64,000 nt of DNA, from positions 67,704,001 through 67,768,000 of the forward strand of contig OZ320319.1 of assembly GCA_976226885.1 (NCBI GenBank). Reading direction: 5' to 3'. The stretch's first letter is position 1. Every line of letters begins with the position of its first letter. The notes below the pieces were generated by a model, which did not search any database, was not told where the DNA came from, and saw nothing but the letters and a program-made list of their open reading frames with translations. A program made the translations under genes and the position numbers. This document shows positions 23,398 to 32,526 of the stretch, piece after piece. Source of the stretch: Iphione sp. A-MEVVRFRX5 (taxonomy: Eukaryota).

Positions 23398-25721
23398 CTC
23401 GCTCTTTCTTTCGCTATCTTTCTCACTCTCTCCCTTTCTCTATATTCTCCATTCCCTTGCTGCAATGGCATGGTCGCATCTCCTCAACTGACTTCGCAAT
23501 TTCCGGCACATAATGAGGAATAGCAAATGCGATCTTGAGGTTTATGTACGTTACACGTATCATATTCAAAGCATGATATATGCACATGTAGTAGAATGCT
23601 CTTATATACATGTACTTGTAAATGCACTGATCTGAGCTGATTTCAGGGCAAAATCAAGTGGAGTATTAACTTTGCCATCATACATCCAAGCAGCATGACA
23701 AACAACCCAAAAAGTGTTAAAAAACTTACCTAATCGTGCTCGATTTTAATCTGACTTGGTGGGATGTTTCATTGTGCTCTTTATCACAATTCCTACGCTC
23801 TCCAATTTTTTACGGTGGTTGTGTATTTCACTGTTTCATATAGAGCAGACCTTACTGTACTTTTGAGAGAGCGTCTTGAAAGTGTCGTAGATGAGCCCGA
23901 ACTGACGGTCCATTTCCAGCTGCTTGCTAGCACTGTGTAGCGGAAGGTTAAGCGTCACTGTAGCCATAGTTTAATATGGACTCCGATACTGCTCCGTGAT
24001 GTTGAAGTCAGTGGATTTAGTTCTCTTCAAAGGTTCTCTAGGGTTACCTCTGGAGAGAAAAAAACCAAAATGTTTCATACGGAGCATTCGAAGTGTATTT
24101 TACTCAATTAAAAAACTCCCTTTCAAGTTAATGAATATGAAGAGCGGTTTAATTTGGCATGATGCGAAAGTTTGGGATATGACATGCTATATTTCTGCAT
24201 CCCTGTTATTTACGGTAACATTCGAATGTGTAACAAGGTGTGACCGTCAAAAGAAAGTTATGGGTTACACAGTTGTAAGCCTGACAGAGTTCAGAAGGAG
24301 CAGCCGGAGGTGTAGAACTGCATAACTTGCCTGAGCGGATACAAATTGAAATCCGAGGAGGTTTTACTATTAATATTTCTTTAACAAAGGAATACAGAAA
24401 GAGTGACAGAATTGCCAGTTATCTGGACTGTTTCAAGTTACAGTCACTTAACATTGATATTTATTTCGATAGTTCATTTCTGATAATTCTTGCTATTTCA
24501 CTTATGAAACATCATGTATACTACCAAAGGGAAACCAAACAAAAAGCTTGAACTAGCAGTCAGATTACATTGTTGCCTTTTATAAGTTGTTAGAATTTAT
24601 ATACTACTCTTGTGTTTTTCATGTGTACAACAGTTACGATGATAATCAAGTACTATGTTCTTTAACTGCAATCGTAAAAGTATACTTTGCAATCCCGCAT
24701 GGGTTCTTACTTGCCACCGATGAATAGCATGCACGTTCAGGAAGAAGTAAAGTTAAACGTCGACATTTTTCTATTTTTAGAATTCCTTGCAAGACAGTTT
24801 GACGACTTTCAGGGACCTGGTGTGCAACCCCTTTTTAGAGAAGACGGATTTCATATTATTCTTGAATAAAAAAGATATCTTTGAGACAAGAATGAAGAAG
24901 CACCCCTTAAGCTTGTGTTTCCCCAAGTTCAAAGGTAAGTAGTTTTGATTATTGCGTTCTTTCTATAAAAAGGTACCAGAATTCCTCGCCGAAAAGCATC
25001 TTCTAGTTTCTACTAATAATATTTATTTTAAAAAGAGTCCTTGGTAAGATGTTATGCAGCTTTTTGTTGGAAGAGGTGCATATCAGTGGAAATTTTATGG
25101 CTTTTTATGCAAATAGTATGCAAATTAGTAATAAATCTTGACAACAGAAAAACATTGTCTTTTCCTAGCATGCATGAGGTGGTGTGGTCCAGGCAGACCA
25201 GACCATCCTCGATTGGCTGGCAAGCGTCAGTTGGCGTGTCGGGGTAGTCCATGCACACGGGGATGATTGTATGTTAATTGCCTCGTCCGGTATGGCCGCT
25301 TCTTTGGTCACTGGTGGTGGATCCAGATAGTTTGCGTACATGGGGATAGCACATTAGCACATTTCGGTCCATTAGTCCCGACCTTAGATCACAGGGAAAT
25401 CAGACCACAACACAGACCATTTCACTCCAGTCCTAGAGGTGGTCTTATAAGTGAGAATTGGCGTCATATGTATATATGTGGACAATGTAAGCCGTTCTTG
25501 TGATAAATGTCGCCTTTGTTTCATTCTGAATAGGTGGGAAGTCGGTCGAGTCGGGAACGAAATTCATTAAGGACGAATTCATTCGATGTAAACCCGTGGA
25601 AAAGCAGCTTTACGTTCACGTGTCTTGCGCAACCAACATTGACCTAATGAAAAAACTCATCAAGGACGTAATGGAGATCATAATCGAGATTAATATGCGC
25701 AAAGCCTCTGCTCCCTTCTGA
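13776..25721 (+). CDS. Divergent heterotrimeric G-protein alpha subunit. Exons: 13776-13905, 16654-16838, 18400-18734, 19589-19717, 21348-21477, 24781-24934, 25534-25721
   Basis: All introns are GT-AG and all phases match, giving one open frame (407 aa from ATG 13803). Motifs: [21 protein letters not shown] (G1), [23 protein letters not shown] (G2), DVAGQ..RKKWIH (G3), FLNKKD (G4), SCAT (G5). The subfamily cannot be assigned by eye. Confidence 0.95.
15352..15626. mobile_element. Degenerate MITE of the GGCC/TTA (Harbinger-like) family
   Basis: Starts TTA|GGCCTA and ends GTTACCAGAAACACAGA..TTTTTAGGCC. The left TIR is partly deleted. Confidence 0.5.
16654..16838 (+). CDS. G-alpha exon: P-loop and alpha-A ([20 protein letters not shown]...ETPENQ)
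   Basis: Acceptor TTTTCTCACCAG, donor CAG|GTAAAC. 185 nt, phase 1 to 0. Confidence 0.95.
17063..17644. mobile_element. Tc1/mariner-superfamily (pogo/Tigger-like) non-autonomous element
   Basis: TIR TA|CAGTTGAGTCTCTATTTCCAACC pairs with GGTCGGAAATAGAGACTTCACTG|TA, with a TA target duplication. Confidence 0.8.
18400..18734 (+). CDS. G-alpha exon: helical domain with Gly/Ser-rich insertion
   Basis: Acceptor TTCCCCAG. Translation ends [29 protein letters not shown](Y). Donor TA|GTCAGT (phase 2) splits the Tyr codon, a junction typical of G-alpha genes. Confidence 0.9.
18880..19037. mobile_element. CAGGCCCG-type MITE, copy 1 (hAT-like, possible 5-bp TSD)
   Basis: Termini CATGCCCATAGCCAAG / CCTGGCTACGGGCCTG, flanks ACATG / ACATC, and two internal GGGGTATCGTCCGATACCCC-type palindromes. 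Confidence 0.75.
19589..19717 (+). CDS. G-alpha exon: switch I ([42 protein letters not shown])
   Basis: Acceptor TTATATTCCAG, donor CG|GTAAAA. 129 nt, phase 2 to 2. Confidence 0.95.
19875..19950. repeat. (CT)n/(CTTT)n pyrimidine microsatellite
   Basis: Direct reading of the sequence. Confidence 0.85.
19960..20330 (+). mobile_element. 3' fragment of an L2/CR1-group LINE ORF2
   Basis: HTRQG...[24 protein letters not shown] matches the conserved ORF2 C-terminus (TR..L..P..RT....SF.Y.G...WN.LP). Confidence 0.65.
21348..21477 (+). CDS. G-alpha exon: switch II/III ([43 protein letters not shown])
   Basis: Acceptor AATTCAG, donor CTG|GTGAGT. 130 nt, phase 2 to 0. Confidence 0.95.
23330..23445. 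repeat. (CT)n microsatellite
   Basis: Direct reading of the sequence. Confidence 0.95.
24781..24934 (+). CDS. G-alpha exon: alpha-3 to G4 ([51 protein letters not shown])
   Basis: Acceptor TTTCTATTTTTAG, donor G|GTAAGT. 154 nt, phase 0 to 1. Confidence 0.95.
25534..25721 (+). CDS. G-alpha last coding exon (..[39 protein letters not shown])
   Basis: Acceptor TTCATTCTGAATAG, G5 motif SCAT, TGA at 25719-25721. Confidence 0.95.
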
Positions 25722-28599
25722 GTAGCACGGTTCGCGCCTTCGGAACGGACACGGCGGCTCTCCCTGTCGTTAGTGGCGGGAATGAAAAAAAAAATCTTTC
25801 TGTCGAGGGTCAAGCTATATGTCTGCAGCTGGACAGGATGCTTGGTGATGACGTCAGCATCAAGACTAGGTGATTGGGCGACATCATGAGATAATACCCC
25901 CCTTGGATGCATGACGTCATATTGACGACAGCTAGGGCTACTCCGTGCTGGGACCCTCTGCCATCCCCTTATCCTCCAACCTACTGGCCTTGATGTGGAT
26001 GCCAGCTATGGAAGGAGATCCTCTTGTTGGTTCTTGCCCTGCATGTGCTGCCAGATTCTGCAAGTGCATTCCACTTTTGCATGTGAAAAGGCAATACAAA
26101 CGTATCAAAAATGTCCTGAGAAACGTTGTGATATAACTTAACAAAAGTCACCGTTATCATACTATCTAGTGCCATTTTGTTCTTCAAATCAATACGGGTG
26201 TCTACAAAGAATGTATTAATCCTACTACCTTGGCTATTCATTGAGCTATTCATGAAAGGCGGGGCAGACATCTTGTTCTTCGAAAGCCACCTTCTCAAGG
26301 TGTCTCAGGTAGCGAGCCATACAAGTAATGATGGTCATCTTCTATGCTGTCCGTGGTTTCAGGGATAGTGTTTCCATATTTCAAAAGACCGGGAGGTGTT
26401 AAATTTGTTGACGGCACTAGTTTGCTAGAACCCTGTGTCAAACTAATTTAGCGTCGTGCACCCCAGGTGAAAAAAAACATCAAAACTGAGTCAGTAAACT
26501 AGGACTGGTGGATATTCGTGTGATGGCTGTGGCTTTCACTGTACAGACTTACTGTGTATGAGATAATTTAAGAAAACGTGCGACATGTATCACGCGTGGA
26601 TATAAATGCAGCTATTTACGGTTTCGGAGGACGGTTTAGGAGGCCCCAACTACTCAGACTTTGTAACCATTCCCTTTGCTCTCCGTTGCGTTCTGGTTAT
26701 TTGGATGCCCTCCTCAACCATATTGAATATAATACTGAAATGTAGAGGAGCGTTAGGTGTGTTGATTGCCTTTCAATAATTGAATGAACAGAACATCTTC
26801 TCTGACGGTAGATATCGGGCCAGGACTTTCCACAAGTTAGAAATCAGCATGTATGGCCACTGCAATGTTCACCAGACCTTTAGTACAATGGATTCTTCCT
26901 GTTGCTTCCTTTGTGATGCACAATACTGACCCTTTAAGCTGTCACGGTATGTTTGATACAGCACGAAATGCAATAATAATGTAAAAGATTCACTTCCGTC
27001 AATTCAAAATTAATATTCTGTCTCTCATGACCGATAATAGATATCATTTCAGTTCCACCTGTGTCAGTTTTCTGTTAAAAAACGTGATATCTGCAAAGTA
27101 TACACTGAAGTTATCCACAAGTCTGGATGAAAGGGACTCTCTTGTTTAAACATACAGTCTTATAGGACCAGAACTTAGTTGTTTGCGCCTAAAAGTGATT
27201 CAGCTGTAACAAACAGCTAAGTCATTCTTTGCGTTACTGCTCTCGATTTCGGGTTAGCTATTTTAGCCTTAGAACAAAAAGAACCTATTGTTTCTGCGTT
27301 CCCTAATCGTTGTGTTTGACACATAGATGATCTCATTCGGAGGTGTTTGCTTGAATAGATTATAAGAACTAGAGAACCTGCATCAGGACAGGTATAGTGG
27401 ATTATCAACATCCATTGGCTGCTTTCCTTGCCGATGGAGAACGGAAAACAAGTGATATCATTAAGATATTAACCATGCAAGTGTTCCCGTTGGAACCGGG
27501 CTCTTCTCACAGCATACTCAAAAGTAGTGGGTCTTTTAACTTGTGAACACATTTTATGTGCAGCACAAGACTACGGTGCAGTAAATTTGTAATTGGGAAT
27601 GGCTTGTGTCTCCAGTACATCATTTTTTTTAGTGTTGGTGCTTTGTATACGTTACTCTCACTTCCGGTCACAGAGAGTCTATAATTTAAATGTTATTTCA
27701 TGTTGTGAAAGGTCAATATGTTTTGTTAGTTGTATAAGCTGCACCGGTACGATTCGATGTTGTTAAATTATGGTGTATTATAAGCCTCGGTCCTGACTCT
27801 GACTGGTGTGTGTATACATAATGAGGGGCGTTACAGCTGGGAGGTTATTATATATGTCATGCTTCCAGAGGCTTTACCATATCAGCGAAATGTTTACATG
27901 TTATGTTCAAGTTTCACAGATGGAAAGGCATAATTCAAAGGGTATCGGATACTATAATAAGTTAACACCAACATTTGGTAAAATTGTTCCCAACATGAAA
28001 AACGTGCAAAACCATAACCCGTTGTAATGGGTTCTATCTCGTAGTGCTTGATTTGCAATGTTCTCTAGAGATCATCGGTAGTATAATCCCTCCTGTCGAA
28101 CGCATATCAGTAATGCCCATCAGTGTCCGTTAGAATGATCGTATATATAAATCAATATTCTGCTCTTTTGTATAAAGCACACATTAGACGCAGTATATAT
28201 ATAACCGTCTTTAGTTTATGTTGTGGTCATTAGAGTGAAATACTTTTCATTTACTTTTGTGATCATGTGTGCAATTCACTGACCGTTTGTTACATTCTGC
28301 AAGGACAATATATGAGCGAAGAAAGTAGACGTTTATGGCAGGTAAAACTTATTCCCTTTTTTTTGCACCAATTCCTGAAAATGCGGGACTGTAATAATTG
28401 CTCGCAGCAACAACACTTGCACGTGTACCCAGAGGATAAGCGGCACGTTCGACTAGCTTCAGCAGAAACAATAAAAGATTATATCCAGGTTTCAGTATTG
28501 TTTTCTTTATCGAAATCACAAAAATCTCTTTTGTGGATACATGTATAAAGTTTCCTAAATCTTGTCACATAAATATATATATATATATAATTATATAAT

Positions 28600-28733
28600 C
28601 AGGCCCGTAGCAAAGGGGGTATTGGGGGTATCGTCCGATACCCCCACCAAAGCCAGGAGTTCCACCTCTCTAGCTAAGGTTTCCCCCGCTCTAATTTGAG
28701 ATACCCCCCCAAGACGTCCTGGCTATGGGCCTG
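28600..28733. mobile_element. CAGGCCCG-type MITE, copy 2
   Basis: TIR CAGGCCCGTAGC / GCTATGGGCCTG with the same internal GGGGGTATCGTCCGATACCCCC palindrome as copy 1. Inserted in a (TA)n tract. Confidence 0.8.
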
Positions 28734-29029
28734 TATATATAAGAAAGTGATCACAAAAAGCTTGATTCTTACATTAAAAATACACGCCATCCCAACTACG
28801 CGACCTCCACAGCGACTTGCATTTGTTGATATTAAAAAGATCATATAAAAAGGATCTCATTAGCCCATCTGTATTATATAACCGACGGAAAAAAAATACA
28901 AAGAGCTATAGTAACAATGAAATGTAAGCAGACCACCTAGTCCTGATGGGAAATGTGCATGATATTCCGATTCAGGTTTTCATTGTCAGGTATGTGTTCT
29001 GATATTCATGAATCCCCCTCCATACCATC

Positions 29030-29875
29030 ATAACCTTCTGTTCGTCACATTTAACGAATTCCAGGTGCAAATAAACAATTCAGCACTTTCTTTTAGAATT
29101 AAATGCTTTGAGATAATGTTCTGAAAACATTCAATAACAATGTACTCGACTAGTCTTGGGAACCTCCAGTGGCAAAAGGCCTTTCTAATGACGATGTTAT
29201 AGTCAAAATGATGATACTCTCCTATCATAAACATGCAATTAATTTGTTAAAATTTCATTTAAGCTCCCCATATCTTATTGAGTTCTTGCAGTGCCATTTT
29301 GTATATAACATACCTGAATCAGACGACTGTTATGTACCGGATAATTATGCAACAGTATAAATTAAATTCTAAAAACAAATGTTATGAGACCCCATATTCT
29401 TTGCTCAGCGTCTGAGAGGTTAAGGACTCATTCAAGGAGTAAACCAATCTATGAAAGGCTGATCCTATCATTCCCTTTTGATTAGCTTTTGTGGTGGTTG
29501 ATTGTTTGACACCACTAGTCTGTGGTGCCTATAGATGTCTTATTTGGAGACTTGGGTTTTACTGAAATATCAGTCACACTGCTACAAAAGGAAATGTTGC
29601 ACCAGCTCCACTTCCTGATGGCTTTTTAACAAGCCAGTGAAAGGTCCGTTTTTCTATGGTGGTTTGTTTGAACACAAAAATATGACAAGTGCCAAAAAAG
29701 TTATTGACAACTATATGACAATCCTTTAATCCAAGCGTTTGATGGATAATGTTTAACTCATTCACAATTTGTGATTGACATGGTACATTGCCACCAGAAA
29801 CAATTCTGTAACAAGTGTTATATTTTACTGTGACAATGATAAAGTAGTAACTTTGGCAAGTTGATGACAACTCAT
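29030..29875 (-). mobile_element. piggyBac-like (PGBD-type) transposase fossil
   Basis: Minus-strand fragments occur in the expected order: LGLKDCHIVVNNFFGT (cf. KG.H.Y.DNFF.S), AKNMGS (cf. YN..MGGVD) and IRKAFCHWRFPRLVEYIVIECFQN (cf. RK..KW...LF......N). Heavily mutated. Confidence 0.5.
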
Positions 29876-29887
29876 ATTCAAAAGCTC

Positions 29888-30240
29888 GAGGAGTTGGCTC
29901 AGGTGGTAAGAGTGCTGACTAGCACTGGTCCACTGATGAGAGGTCACAGCTTCAATCTCAGGCCTAAGACTCTTGATCATAACTAGACAGATTTACTGTC
30001 CCAACCCAGAGTGGTCCACAACTCATGAAAAGGGGGGTGGATGAATAGGATTTTCTCCCCTATGCACAAAAACACCCCAGAAACCTATTCAAAATAAGAG
30101 TAGGTGTCACCTCCAGGTATTCCGGTCTCTCAGTAGTCAATAATAGATGGTAGTATGCTACCCCAGGAGGATATTGAAGAACAGCTTAAATGAGAGCTGA
30201 ATATCTAGTTCCTGATACAATGAAAATGAAAAATGAAAAG
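29888..30240 (+). mobile_element. tRNA-derived SINE
   Basis: A-box-like TGGCTCAGGTGG, degenerate B-box GCTTCAATCTC about 50 nt downstream, and an (ATGAAA)n-like 3' tail at 30220-30240. Confidence 0.65.
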
Positions 30241-32072
30241 CTTTGAGTCAGAATGCTAAACTTGTACACTTAATCACAGTGAATGTAACAGGCAAAACGC
30301 ATCACTAGAGACAACCTTATATCTACTCAGGTTTTCACTGTGGCAATTCTGATATAGTCACATTATCAGGTTTTTGTCGACCACGTTGTTGAAATTGAGT
30401 GACATTGCTAAACGTGTAAATGTATAACCATCAATGTGGCCGGGCAATCTTGTTATAAGAGGCGATCGCTCAGCAATATTTTTCAGTGTGCTGCAGGTAG
30501 ATTGTGCATCAGTTACAGAACGACCTAGGGCCATTTTTCGAAATTCACAGGTCTATACATTGTAAAGAACTATATTGGACATCATAGTATGGCATAGGAG
30601 ATTGTGGGAGAATGAAGAACTACATTCAGGGGGCCAAAAATGACATCATGGGAAATTTATGCATTTTCTCCAACCAGACTTAAGTTCAGTAGCAGTACGA
30701 AAATTACGTATGATCCCTTTAAAAGATTGCATAGTTGTAGTATGCGCTATGGAAACACGACCATCTGTGGTAAACTTGCCCCACATGCATCCACCATGTT
30801 GCATCGTGCATACAAACATATTCCAACTCTTGCGATTCCTCACCGGTTTCCCCCTCGCGCCCTCTTCAGTGCAAGAATGGAACTGTCGTCAACCACGACA
30901 TAACTACTTTAGGGACACTAGCAGAAGTTTTGTGTTACATAGTGTAACCAATGTTTTCGATTAGGCGCCTATCGTTACCAGTATACTTTACATTAAGGCA
31001 TCTTTCGATAAGCATTACATTTTTGAGATGCAAATCATCTGAATGACAACACTACAATGTTTGACGTTTTCTATGAACCTTTATTTCAACACTTTATATA
31101 GGAATATTAATGGGGTGCCAATGTACAGCGAGTAGTGGTCACAAATCTAAAAAGCCAATATTTTATTCTTGTATTAATTGCAACTTGCACCAGGTTCGGC
31201 TTGTGTTTCCTTGAAATTTAGATAAAAGGAAATAAGCCGATGAGCCGTAATTAAAAATTTCGATAGCACTAAAAGCACTACATAAAAATGATAATGTGTT
31301 GTTTATCTCTCTCGCTCTGGACACGCTATCCATCAACCAACATTTACAATGCCAATCAGGGTATAAACAGCATCAGTCACAGGTGTCCATGATGGCTTCA
31401 TATTAAATTGAATATCATTGTCTAACCAAATTTATTCTTCTGAAAGTTGCCTTATTTTCTAGGCTGATGTTGCATTGCTGAACACTTCAATCACATTGAA
31501 CACAGGCTATAATGGAGTAATAAAATTATACTAGGGATCGTTGTTTGTGAAAGAATATATTCTACAGAGGGTCTAGGACAGATCCACGCAAGTGTTAATC
31601 ATGAAGTCATTCATCTACTGAAATATTCATCTGGTTACAACAGGTGGGCAACTAGAGCTCTGAAGCACCTATAAAGACAGGGAACCTTTGAAGATAACTT
31701 TGAAAAAGGTAACATTAAAGTGACATTCACTACCGGTTTTTTTTCTTGGACAGAATTCGGAGCTAGGTGGTCTAGAAGTGTGCCTCATTTAGCTTTTTTA
31801 ACGACACACTTCCATCAACATCTACATTATGTGAAACGTATAGCCATTCACCCTACGCTCCGTCTGCACAGAAAGTTGATCAAACGAGGAACATGGTAAA
31901 GGAGCTTCCTGTGCACCGGTTATGCGGCATTTTCGAACAAGGACAAGTCAAACGCTCACAGGCCCCTTCCTTCGGTAACGGTTATTCGCCATAAGGACTA
32001 GTCGAGAAGCATCCGCATATTCTTCAACAACAATTACAGGTATATCACTCCAATATTTTCTCAGTGGTATCA

Positions 32073-32526
32073 CAGGCCCGCAGCTAGCGGAGGGAGGGGG
32101 GAGGGAAGGAGGTTGGAGGGAGGGAGGGGAGCCCGTCGAGTCTACACCTGCAATAGGTCAGTCCAATGTGCCTACCAACTATATCCATTGCCTCAAAAGT
32201 CTGCAACGAGAGGCAGAAACAGCGATATGGACCGAGACCGGGATGGAAAAAGACGGACAGACAGAAAGAAAAAATATTGCGGGAGTAAGAAAAGGCGTTG
32301 GAAAAAGTTGAAGTAGACCAAAGGATATATATAAGCCGTGAAGTCCACTAAACGAGTGCAACAGTTAAAGACATTAATATTTACAACAGAACGTTCACTT
32401 TGATATCATCACTTAGGCAATGGTTTACATAGACACCCGCTCCGGAGTTTTTCTTCGGGCCGAAAAAAGACTGGCCATCCACCCTCCTTCCTGCCACTAT
32501 TGTTTGGGTGGCTAGCTACGGGCCTG
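32073..32526. mobile_element. CAGGCCCG-type MITE, copy 3 (longer subfamily)
   Basis: TIR CAGGCCCGCAGCTAGC / GCTAGCTACGGGCCTG with an exact 5-bp TSD, TATCA, on both sides. Confidence 0.8.

Noticed and set aside
25938-26368. Overlapping ORFs just 3' of G-alpha with FHMQKW, faintly transposase-like
   Set aside because: Too little motif support to call a family. May be 3' UTR or an unrecognised fossil.
29888-29965. tRNA-like sequence
   Set aside because: The B-box is degenerate, there is no proper cloverleaf, and it continues into a body and tail. It is a SINE head, not a tRNA gene.
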